Source of the DNA: Eukaryota sp. TZLM1-RC
Taxonomy: Eukaryota; Protista; Metamonada: BaSk clade
Direction: 5' to 3'
DNA: 64,000 nucleotides
Assembly: GCA_040285825.1 (NCBI GenBank)
Contig: JAUPSS010000003.1
Location: 2,914,001 to 2,978,000 of the forward strand
Below the pieces are notes generated by a model that ran no database searches, was not told the DNA's origin, and saw only the letters and a list, made by a program, of their open reading frames with translations. The translations under genes and the position numbers were made by a program. Shown here in pieces: positions 12,600 through 23,775 of the stretch; position 1 is the stretch's first letter; each line of letters opens with the position of its first letter.

Positions 12600-13210
12600 A
12601 CCAAACTCATGTAATGTGCAAATCATATAAAGTAGATTCCCTTTTGGATCCTTTGCTATCAAAATTAATTCTCACTGACCCCAATATTGATAGTGCGCGC
12701 TACAAGAGCATCTATAGGTCTGACAAGAGTTGATTTAGTTGTTCGCGGCTTAAATGGTAGTTCTACTATGTTAGATGCCATTTCCATAGACCCTTGTAAT
12801 TCTTCTAACGAACATTTCATTAATACATTCCCCCTATACCACCAATCAATCCGTACTTACTAGTGTTTGGAGTGGTCTGGATAGGCAATACACTCCCATC
12901 ACTGCCTCCTAAAGTCATGGGTCACATGTCAACAATCCTCTACTTACTGGCGAAAAATACAAAATTGTTAAATATGCGAAACCTGTTTCTTCTATCAAAA
13001 TTCTCATGCCTAATATAAGTTATAATATTGTTTTTTCCTTGCTTGATTCTCTAGGTAAGGCTTTTCTGGTCTTCCTTGAGTATTTTATTGTAGTTGTAAA
13101 GGAAGGACCGAAATAATTTTCAATCGTGTTTACCGGCAAAACTGGAATGTATTTTCTATTTTTGAGGAAATGGTGAAAATAAATTCTGGTTCACTTTCTT
13201 TGTAACTAAA
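12600..13210 (+). mobile_element. RLE non-LTR retrotransposon relic
   Basis: Nucleotide similarity to 48221..48920 (inverted): 'LTR.DLVV.G..GS.T.LDAISIDP'. Limits are approximate. Confidence 0.6.
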
Positions 13211-13839
13211 TTTTCTGAATCTTTAGTAATTCACTCTTTCGATGTAGGAGAGGCATACTTGAAAAAGGTGGAACTTTAGTTGGTATTTGATGATTTTTTA
13301 TTCGGTTTTTGATAAACCAATATAGACAAAATAAAAAAACGGTTTCTAGAATTTTAACAAGGGGAGTAAAAAACTCCACTTTAATCATCATTACTGTAAT
13401 CGCAATTTCATTAAGATGATTTCAACTATTGGTTCGAAATTAATTTGTGGGTAGTGTATTCACCATTTTCAAACAAAGCCTTTGTCTGATTGGATGATTT
13501 TGATACTATTTATATTATGAAAAAAAAATAATTGTCGTTCTAAAAAAGTTAGATAAAAAACCTGCGTCATCCAAAACGATATGGGGATGATGCCGGCAAA
13601 ATATTTGTAATGCGCATTAGAGTGGTTTCTCACAGACGGATCAATAATGGCAATTGGAACAGCAGGACAGGCAACTTTCCTAATTAGATCAATCATTTTT
13701 CTAATCAATCCCAATCAATCAGCAACAGATTTCGGAAACCCAGTCAAGAACTATCCATCAGCCCTACAAAAACTCTCAATTCCTCTAAAATTTCACCATA
13801 CAAGCTCTGATATCAATAGTATTTTTGATATAAATTTCA

Positions 13840-14024
13840 CGGTTAGCGAAAACCACATCAGGTCCCAGCGTTCTCCATTTCTAACACTGGATATATCAAT
13901 AAATGATATTAAAATGATTGCAACTATTGATTCGGCTGCGTTTTGTTCAGTTATTACTGCAGATTTAGCTGAACAATGTCATGTGTCAGATTTTAATGTT
14001 CTCCAAATAACAATCAATCTCTAG
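13840..14024 (+). mobile_element. Retroviral-type aspartic protease fragment (LTR retrotransposon relic)
   Basis: 'ISINDIKMIATIDSAAFCSVITADLA' matches the hydrophobic-D-S-(G/A)-A retropepsin motif. Confidence 0.6.
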
Positions 14025-14062
14025 GTGATTTCCGGGAATATCTATATGACATAGCAACGCCA

Positions 14063-14628
14063 ATGGCATGGGTACCGACACAGGAAAAAATCAACAATCA
14101 CGACTTCCGTCCGAGAACTGAACCAGACCAACTGCTGATAAATGGAGAACGCCGATTCCTGCACCGCAACAAGTTTGATTTTATTATAAGAAGGCAAAAA
14201 AGAATAATGGGATTTATTGAAAAAATTAAACTAATGGTTAATGGAAGAGAAACCATAATTTGTTTTGTCAGTGGAGGTGATGGGCCATCAAGACAAGCTG
14301 TGAAAACCCCAAACAAGCGCTTTTTGAAGGAGATTCAGAAACATTTTTCATATGTGAAGCCTAATGGAGATGAATTCTACACATCTGCCAAAACGAATTG
14401 CTGTAAGGTATTCAATCAAAAGGTGTATCACAATGATGGGAGAGTGAACAATGAAAAGTTTGTTTGCCCTCAATGTCAGACATTCTGGTCGAGGGACATC
14501 TCAGCCTCCAGAAACCAACTGGAGATTGCCATAAGTGAGCACTACTACAATGAAAGACCTGAGGCGTTCCGGAGACCCTGTAGATAAGTGCTTTTCCATG
14601 TATTGCGTACCTGTACGCGTATTGTGAT
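14063..14628 (+). mobile_element. Fanzor C-terminal fragment plus partial omegaRNA (same family as 57236..59228)
   Basis: RuvC-II 'GDEFYTSAKTNCC', CPQC and RuvC-III 'WSRDISASRN'. The downstream TCCATGTATTGC-hairpin-TGTGAT is shared with 59241..59268. Confidence 0.85.
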
Positions 14629-14818
14629 GTTGCTGCTGTAACTATCATTTGATCATGATATCATATAGTGATAGAACTAAAGTAAGCTTAACATCTAAAG
14701 ATTGCATGAATTGGTCAAACGCCAGAAATGTGTTTTGATAGAAATTCAAGTATTCCCTTCTCTCTTCACATCAGCTCAAATACAGTTACTATCACTCTGA
14801 TAGACGATATCTATAAGA

Positions 14819-17152
14819 ATGGCTAAACATAAATCCAAACCTTCGTTTGAGAGGGGCAACAGCTCTAAACGTAACCACAATGTCAGAAAGTCAGTTCTTG
14901 GTAAACAACTTCAAGCTCTCTCATCAGGTCATAAAGGAACCTTTATTGATAAACGTATTGGTGCTAAACTTACATCGGATCCTGAAGAAGCTGCTATGAT
15001 GCGATTCATTAAACAGAAGCAACTGAAAGCCATGCAATCCAAGGCAGAAGAAGATGATGATGAAGAAGAACAAATTCTTCTTACTCATAATGGCGAGCAG
15101 ATCAACTTTGATGCTCTCTCTGATGAAGAACCTGACCGGCTTAATCCTGACCTTGACTCTGATGATGACGTCATGGGACGTGGTGACACATCTGCAAGAC
15201 TTACTCATGCCTTACATTTCGGTGAGGGAGAAGCTGATGTTGATCATCCAGCAAGGAAGAAAAAGTCATCTGCCGAGATTTACGCGGAGGTTATTGCCAA
15301 ATCAAAAGCTTCTAAAGCTGAAAAACGTCAACAAAAAACCGAAAATGAAGAATTAATGTTGGATTTGGATGATAAATTCAATCAATTAAGACAATCAAAT
15401 TCAGTTATGGTTACTAATCCTAATCAATCAAGTGATGATGATGACGATGGTTACGCTGAGTTTGCCGCCCTTGCTGATAGATTTGGTAACGAAGCCAAGG
15501 TACAGGCGAGCGAACGAACAATAACAGAGGAGGAAAAAGCCAAGAGATTGTTCCAAAAGCTGCAGCAAATGGAAGAAGAAAGAAAGAAAGGGCAAGAGAT
15601 TATTGAAGAAGAGGTTAGTGATGAAACAAGCGAAGAAAGCGAAATATTCGATGAAAGTGACAGTGAAGGTCAAAAAACCAAGGATCAAAGTTCAGAAAGT
15701 GAAGATGATGACGTGATAGCTCAAACAGATGACGTGATAGCTCAAAAAAGTCACGTCAGCAAACAGACAATTCACCCGTCAAGACTTGCTCAGATGAAGA
15801 GAACAACTACCACTCCAAGTACTCATCCACCACCACCAACTCAACAAACTCAACCAACAGATGGTTTACCCTTGGAAATTCCTTTTGTTTTGGGTTTACC
15901 TTTAAGTGAAATTGAATTGAATGAATATTTATTAAAGGTTGAGCCGGAGCTCTATTCGGCCTTATTTGCAAGATTTTATTACTCATTGCACCCTTCTTTG
16001 GGACCGGAAGCAAAGGAAAAAGCTAAACAGTATTTATTGTTGCTGTTTAAGTTTGTTGTTTTTGTCATGAAGGACATTAGTGTGGATAATATTTACTCAA
16101 ATCTTTTCAAGATTAATTCCACTGTTTTTGTTATGGAAAGGTTAATTAATTTTTTCCCAAAAAGTACTGGTGTTATTGCAATGAAAAAATTGAAAATATT
16201 TTCTAATTTGATTTCTAATTCAAGTAATTCTGGTCCAAATTATTTTGTTTTCTTGTTTTTGAGTTGGATTTTAAATTTATTTCCACACGATCAAAAGTCA
16301 CATCCAGTGGTCAATTCTGCTTGTTTTGTGTTATCCAAATTAATCACAACTCTTACATCAAAACTCAATCAAATTGATTGTAATCAAGGTAATCAAGATG
16401 ACGTGTCACAGTTACTTTCAAAATCTATTTTTGTTCTTAACTTAGTTTCCGTTCTCTCCAAGGGACAGTCAAGGTATTTTCCTGAATCAATTTTATTAAG
16501 TAGAGAAGTCATATCTAACCTCGTAAAACTAAAATTACCACTACAAACTACTGGCGAATTATCTTTGTCTAGTCTTTTGAAGTCAAGCTTGATTGATATT
16601 GATTTGGTTGGTTGTGCTGCCTTTGATTGTGTTCAAAATTTAATTAAGTCTTTTTCTTTGGATTCATGCTTTCCAATGCTAGCTGAACCTTTTATTAAAG
16701 TTTTAGGATCTGCTAAAAGTGATCTTTGTTCTTCATTAATAGAATTTCTTGAATATTTAAAGTTAATTTCTGAGAAATCAATTCAATTAAGGTTACCTTT
16801 GAAGTTCCAAGCTCATAAACCAATTCCAATCAGACAATACAAGCCATCATTTTCGATTGATTTCGACCCTGAACTGAAAGGAAGTCTTGATGTCGATCAA
16901 AATAGAAGAGAAAGCAAGAGACTGGAGCATGTCTACAAAAATGAACACAGGGGTGCTGTTCGTGAAGTTCGTAAAGATTTCCAATATGTTGCTCAACAAA
17001 AGAAACTTACCAGAAAGCTGCAGAAGCAGAAGGCCGAGGAAGGGAGGAAAAGGTTGTTTTCTCAACTTGAACAGGAAGCAGCTGAGTATAATAAATTGGA
17101 CAAGGATATTGCCAAAGAAAGAGACAAGAAGAGGAAGAGAAGAGAACGATAA
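14819..17152 (+). CDS. NOP14: Nucleolar protein 14
   Basis: 'FIDKRIG', 'LTHNGE', 'KKSSAEIYAEVIAKSK', 'KPIPIRQYKP' and 'GAVREVRKD' NOP14 motifs. Confidence 0.92.
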   Translation: MAKHKSKPSFERGNSSKRNHNVRKSVLGKQLQALSSGHKGTFIDKRIGAKLTSDPEEAAMMRFIKQKQLKAMQSKAEEDDDEEEQILLTHNGEQINFDALSDEEPDRLNPDLDSDDDVMGRGDTSARLTHALHFGEGEADVDHPARKKKSSAEIYAEVIAKSKASKAEKRQQKTENEELMLDLDDKFNQLRQSNSVMVTNPNQSSDDDDDGYAEFAALADRFGNEAKVQASERTITEEEKAKRLFQKLQQMEEERKKGQEIIEEEVSDETSEESEIFDESDSEGQKTKDQSSESEDDDVIAQTDDVIAQKSHVSKQTIHPSRLAQMKRTTTTPSTHPPPPTQQTQPTDGLPLEIPFVLGLPLSEIELNEYLLKVEPELYSALFARFYYSLHPSLGPEAKEKAKQYLLLLFKFVVFVMKDISVDNIYSNLFKINSTVFVMERLINFFPKSTGVIAMKKLKIFSNLISNSSNSGPNYFVFLFLSWILNLFPHDQKSHPVVNSACFVLSKLITTLTSKLNQIDCNQGNQDDVSQLLSKSIFVLNLVSVLSKGQSRYFPESILLSREVISNLVKLKLPLQTTGELSLSSLLKSSLIDIDLVGCAAFDCVQNLIKSFSLDSCFPMLAEPFIKVLGSAKSDLCSSLIEFLEYLKLISEKSIQLRLPLKFQAHKPIPIRQYKPSFSIDFDPELKGSLDVDQNRRESKRLEHVYKNEHRGAVREVRKDFQYVAQQKKLTRKLQKQKAEEGRKRLFSQLEQEAAEYNKLDKDIAKERDKKRKRRER

Positions 17153-17527
17153 ATATCCAAGTTCTAGTCTTATTTTAGTCTTCATTTTAGTTTTATTTAA
17201 ATTATTTAAATAAAAGACAGATAATTGTTTGCGCAAATTTATAACATGTTTTTTCGGGAAGTAATCCTTACATATTGTTTTTTTAATCTTGACTTAAGGA
17301 AAATTCATCTATTTCAATGTAAAGATGGTCTTTCACCTTTGTGGTTAATAGGGAAAATTGTTTTTGTTTGGAATTAATAGAACGTAGTCTGATTATTTTG
17401 ATTAATTTATACATAAATTTGATCTGTTGTGTTAAACTGAGGTGGTTTAAATAATTAAAAAACTATTCAAATATTTATTCGAATCCAGCAATAACCTATC
17501 TGTACATCAAAATTGCGACAATTACCA

Positions 17528-18169
17528 TCAACCACAACATTTGCTTGATGATTGATTGGAATTCACCATTACCGTGTGTGTAGCCTCTTCATTAGCTGGT
17601 AACTTTGACGAAAGTTTAACCGCAACCTTGTAGAACAAATCACGAACATTAGTGCCATCCTTGGCAGAAACTTCAAACAAATCAATGTCCAATTCATCAG
17701 CCAGGCTCTTTGCTGAAGCGTGTGAAACTTGGCGATCTTGGGCCAAGTCTGTCTTGTTACCAACGAGGAATACCGTCACTTTTTCATCTGCATAGTCTTG
17801 TATTGTCTGTAACCACATTTTGCAATTAGAGAAGGATTCAGCCCGGGTGATATCATAAACAAGAATGATGCCAGAAGCACCGCGGATGTAGGCTCGGGTA
17901 ATACTGAGAAAACGTTCTTGACCTGCAGTATCCCAAAGTTGCCTTGAGTGAGTAGGGAGAGAATAACAAACATTGAACAAGTGCGGTTCTCATCAATGGG
18001 GATTTTAGTGGTGCGGAAGTCGAGTCCTTAGATGAAAATAAGTGTAGGACAAACCTATAGTTGACATAAAGGAAGGAAAGAATTGGTTGTCAACGTATCG
18101 AACTAAGATACTGGATTTGCCTACAGTTGTGTCTCCAATGAGAAGTACTTTGATCATATTGTCTGTCAT
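17528..18169 (-). CDS. Rab GTPase (Rab1/Rab8-like); introns 18027..18054 and 17943..17971
   Basis: GDTTVGKS, TIG|LDF, WDTAGQERF, GNKTD, EVSAK and a C-terminal CC. Two 28-29 nt GT..AG introns restore the frame. Confidence 0.92.
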
Positions 18170-18694
18170 AATGTTGGTGTTTCAAGAAAGGGAAGATGAA
18201 GAGGATGGTAATGAGGATTTTTGGAAGTTTTCGAATAATCAATTGAATCAATAGTTCTCTTACCTATTGAGTCATTTGGGTTAATTGTATATCTGTGACC
18301 ACTTGTTCGGTGAAAACACTACTGTTGTCAAAAATCAAATAGTGAATTTGTTATCTGGATCACGGTAGAATCTGGCTTTAGAACTACAATTTTGGCATGT
18401 TTATGGTGTCAAAAAGGCAAAGACATCAATAACATCAATAACGTTATATTAGGGGCAGTAGATTTGAACCATTGGTGCCACTATAACCACTGCCTGATCT
18501 ATATTCTTCAAAATTAAAAATCAATTAAGACAAAAAAGACGTCTTTTTTTTGAATGATGACAACAACATGTATTTGTCTTATTCTTATTTGTTTTATTCA
18601 TTTTATTCATTTATTTACTTATTTATTTATTTATTTACAGTAATTTCGCAATTATAAGTACCAGAATAGTATACACTTGTCATTTTTGCAAATG

Positions 18695-21600
18695 GGAAAT
18701 TCCCTTGAGTACACGATCAATCTTCGCGCGGAATAATTACAAAAACTATCTACTACACGAATACTCAGGCCTTCCATTACCACTCATTCTGGCTTCAATA
18801 ATTGCAAACATATTCAGACAAGCCAGTTTATTTCTATTGAAAAGCTTTGTTGAGCCTTTGTTACTGAATTTACAACTCTCACTGTTACAAGCTAATAAAC
18901 CATGACATGTAGTAACTAAATTCTTTGCTCTTTTATATAATCTGGGATTTGTTACTCTCAAAAACGTAGCAACCTTTTCAAAACAAACAGACCATTTAGC
19001 TGAAGTGAAAGCTTCATTAATCATCAATTCTTCAAATCCATTTCTTTTCAGAAGTTGAATCCATCCAATACCTCGAGTAGGTCTCTGATGTTTTAAGTTT
19101 TTAGAGCCGTTACAACTTGAGCTGAAATACGTGATAATGACAAGTTGCGTTCAAAACGGGACTGTAAATACAGCTTCAGGCCACATGTAGTGTGTACTCG
19201 TAACTGTTGAAATTTTGAAACAGTTTCTTCAAGTTTCAATACAACACTTGCATGTTGAACGATTGAATTGACGATTGCACGATGGTTTTTTCCGACGGCA
19301 AACTGAACTTGTCTTGTGGCAACAATACAAAAAGTTTGAGACATAGTATACAATCATGGACCCCATATTGAACCAACTTTTGTCTAAGTGAAGCAATGGC
19401 TGAACAATGAACAGGTAAAATGATCGTAAATTCCTGATGAAGTTTGATTTTCATTTCACTAATCATTTTATAAGCCAGATTGCCTAAAATATGACCATAT
19501 TGAATTTTGATGAATTTTTTGGCAAATATTAGTGTGTCTAAAAGATAAAAGCCTTTTTTCCTGATGACAACTTCTCTCCATCTTGGTGAATGTTGATTGA
19601 GTGCATCAAGTGTTAAATCACCTGGAACAGTGGAAAAAGGTAAATCAAAATAGTTTAATCTAGTTTTTAAAACCTGTAAATCAAACTACATTAAATTGTG
19701 ATTAAGAAAACAATGGGGTTGATGATTACCAATAATGTTTAAAAACCTACAAAGCAAGGTTTTTTCATCACAGAGAATATTTCTGCCTGAATACCCAATC
19801 AATGTCAGGTAATCTGGTAATTTGAGGACTCATTCTCAATATAAGTGAATATTTACTCACCAAAAAAAATTATGGCGATCAAACCTTCCAATTACAATTG
19901 AAATGAAAAAGTATATTCTTGATCTGAAATCCACTCATCCATTTGCTCATCAGTTTTTTTTTCAAAAGATTTGATCCCTCTTCTCTCATTTTATCACTAC
20001 TTTTATCAAATTTGATGAAATGGTTCTCATTGTTTCCTTAAAGTTCACTATCCTGATAGGTTTGTGGTCATTGGTTTGAATTGAATCAAAAGATCAGGCT
20101 TGAAGCCACTACGACTTGGTTCAATTTTTTTTAACCATACTCGGTTTCAATTGTTTCTTTGTCAAAATCTTCCTGTTCTCGATGTTCAACATTGTATTCT
20201 CAACACAAATTTCGTGGTTCAGTGATTTTTGTTGATTTTTCCGCTGACGTTTTGATATTTGGTGGTACCAAAAGTCTCTTGTCTAATAATTTTTAATGGA
20301 AGAGTGGATTTACAATTGTATCTTCGCTTTTTGGGACCAGGATTTGCTTCAACATCTCCATCCTTTGTTAAATCAACAGAAAATGGGTTTTTTGATAGAT
20401 GTTGGAAGCTACCTTTTCAAAACAAACAGACCATTTAGCTGAAGTGAAAGCTTCATTAATCATCAATTCTTCAAATCCATTTCTTTTCAGAAGTTGAATC
20501 CATCCAATACCTCGAGTAGGTCTCTGATGTTTTAAGTTTTTAGAGCCGTTACAACTTGAGCTGAAATACGTGATAATGACAAGTTGCGTTCAAAACGGGA
20601 CTGTAAATACAGCTTCAGGCCACATGTAGTGTGTACTCGTAACTGTTGAAATTTTGAAACAGTTTCTTCAAGTTTCAATACAACACTTGCATGTTGAACG
20701 ATTGAATTGACGATTGCACGATGGTTTTTTCCGACGGCAAACTGAACTTGTCTTGTGGCAACAATACAAAAAGTTTGAGACATAGTATACAATCATGGAC
20801 CCCATATTGAACCAACTTTTGTCTAAGTGAAGCAATGGCTGAACAATGAACAGGTAAAATGATCGTAAATTCCTGATGAAGTTTGATTTTCATTTCACTA
20901 ATCATTTTATAAGCCAGATTGCCTAAAATATGACCATATTGAATTTTGATGAATTTTTTGGCAAATATTAGTGTGTCTAAAAGATAAAAGCCTTTTTTCC
21001 TGATGACAACTTCTCTCCATCTTGGTGAATGTTGATTGAGTGCATCAAGTGTTAAATCACCTGGAACAGTGGAAAAAGGTAAATCAAAATAGTTTAATCT
21101 AGTTTTTAAAACCTGTAAATCAAACTACATTAAATTGTGATTAAGAAAACAATGGGGTTGATGATTACCAATAATGTTTAAAAACCTACAAAGCAAGGTT
21201 TTTTCATCACAGAGAATATTTCTGCCTGAATACCCAATCAATGTCAGGTAATCTGGTAATTTGAGGACTCATTCTCAATATAAGTGAATATTTACTCACC
21301 AAAAAAATTATGGCGATCAAACCTTCCAATTACAATTGAAATGAAAAAGTATATTCTTGATCTGAAATCCACTCATCCATTTGCTCATCAGTTTTTTTTT
21401 CAAAAGATTTGATCCCTCTTCTCTCATTTTATCACTACTTTTATCAAATTTGATGAAATGGTTCTCATTGTTTCCTTAAAGTTCACTATCCTGATAGGTT
21501 TGTGGTCATTGGTTTGAATTGAATCAAAAGATCAGGCTTGAAGCCACTACGACTTGGTTCAATTTTTTTTAACCATACTCGGTTTCAATTGTTTCTTTGT

Positions 21601-23443
21601 CAAAATCTTCCTGTTCTCGATGTTCAACATTGTATTCTCAACACAAATTTCGTGGTTCAGTGATTTTTGTTGATTTTTCCGCTGACGTTTTGATATTTGG
21701 TGGTACCAAAAGTCTCTTGTCTAATAATTTTTAATGGAAGAGTGGATTTACAATTGTATCTTCGCTTTTTGGGACCAGGATTTGCTTCAACATCTCCATC
21801 CTTTGTTAAATCAACAGAAAATGGGTTTTTTTGATAGATGTTGGAAGCTACCTTTTCAAAACAAACAGACCATTTAGCTGAAGTGAAAGCTTCATTAATC
21901 ATCAATTCTTCAAATCCATTTCTTTTCAGAAGTTGAATCCATCCAATACCTCGAGTAGGTCTCTGATGTTTTAAGTTTTTAGAGCCGTTACAACTTGAGC
22001 TGAAATACGTGATAATGACAAGTTGCGTTCAAAACGGGACTGTAAATACAGCTTCAGGCCACATGTAGTGTGTACTCGTAACTGTTGAAATTTTGAAACA
22101 GTTTCTTCAAGTTTCAATACAACACTTGCATGTTGAACGATTGAATTGACGATTGCACGATGGTTTTTTCCGACGGCAAACTGAACTTGTCTTGTGGCAA
22201 CAATACAAAAAGTTTGAGACATAGTATACAATCATGGACCCCATATTGAACCAACTTTTGTCTAAGTGAAGCAATGGCTGAACAATGAACAGGTAAAATG
22301 ATCGTAAATTCCTGATGAAGTTTGATTTTCATTTCACTAATCATTTTTATAAGCCAGATTGCCTAAAATATGACCATATTGAATTTTGATGAATTTTTTT
22401 GGCAAATATTAGTGTGTCTAAAAGATAAAAGCCATTTTTCCTGATGACAACTTCTCTCCATCTTGGTGAATGTTGATTGAGTGCATCAAGTGTTAAATCA
22501 CCTGGAACAGTGGAAAAAGGTAAATCAAAATAGTTTAATCTAGTTTTTAAAACCTGTAAATCAAACTACATTAAATTGTGATTAAGAAAACAATGGGGTT
22601 GATGATTACCAATAATGTTTAAAAACCTACAAAGCAAGGTTTTTTCATCACAGAGAATATTTCTGCCTGAATACCCAATCAATGTCAGGTAATCTGGTAA
22701 TTTGAGGACTCATTCTCAATATAAGTGAATATTTACTCACCCACAAAAATTATGGCGATCAAACCTTCCAATTACAATTGAAATGAAAAAGTATATTCTT
22801 GATCTGAAATCCACTCATCCATTTGCTCATCAGTTTTTTTTTTCAAAAGATTTGATCCCTCTTCTCTCATTTTATCACTACTTTTATCAAATTTGATGAA
22901 ATGGTTCTCATTGTTTCCTTAAAGTTCATTATCCTGATAGGTTTGTGGTCATTGGTTTGAATTGAATCAAAAGATCAGGCTTGAAGCCACTACGACTTGG
23001 TTCAATTTTTTTTAACCATACTCGGTTTCAATTGTTTCTTTGTCAAAATCTTCCTGTTCTCGATGTTCAACATTGTATTCTCAACACAAATTTCGTGGTT
23101 CAGTGATTTTTGTTGATTTTTCCGCTGACGTTTTGATATTTGGTGGTACCAAAAGTCTCTTGTCTAATAATTTTTAATGGAAGAGTGGATTTACAATTGT
23201 ATCTTCGCTTTTTGGGACCAGGATTTGCTTCAACATCTCCATCCTTTGTTAAATCAACAGAAAATGGGTTTTTTGATAGATGTTGGAAGCTACTGGATTA
23301 GAAACATAAATCATTAACATAAGCATCAAACTCAACATCGTCAAAATAACAACAATACAAAACCAAACACAAACAAGAAAACATCCCGTATCTAAAGTGA
23401 TTAAAACCATGGCTGATTCAACAGCACCCATATCATGACTCAC
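18695..23443 (-). mobile_element. Internally deleted, triplicated Fanzor element with a 2A-like motif in its 5' coding part
   Basis: The 3' end encodes 'EPTRGIGW..INEAFTSAK..CHGLLAC..FNRNKLACLNM..RPEY' and a conserved non-coding tail shared with 31389..31450. DVEANPGP occurs at 23237-23214, 21794-21771 and 20356-20333. Confidence 0.7.
18972..23293. repeat. Three near-identical tandem copies, period about 1439 bp
   Basis: Units start at 18972, 20411 and 21850. Identical ORFs recur at 1439-nt spacing, and differences are mostly homopolymer lengths. Confidence 0.95.
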
Positions 23444-23775
23444 ATGATGACTCAGAAAAGTGCAATACTCTACCCCACGGAAGGACCAGAACGACGACTC
23501 CGTTCCGAAACCGAGGCTCTGACCTTCCGTTTATTCCTGTTATGTAGGACGATTGTTCCCGACTGAGGAGTGCGGGACGAAGAATTAAGCTGTTCTGTGA
23601 AGAACATTTGAAGGAGGAGGTGGGAACTGAGTACGTTACCTCGTTATCCTTTTTCTAGCCTTGCTGCATGATGTTAGAAGAATGGGAAGAGTCAAGATAA
23701 TCTCGCTGGCTGACACGATATCTGACACGCTGATCACAATTTCAAATTGATTGCTAATTTCCACAATGGTTTCAA

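Noticed and set aside
17522-17530. The Rab ends CCG-TGA-TGG-TAA
   Set aside because: CC is the normal prenylation signal and no SECIS-like hairpin follows.
23555-23600. Hammerhead-like CTGAGGA...CGAA
   Set aside because: GAAG instead of GAAA, a 2-bp stem II, and no adjacent stem I partner or NUH site.
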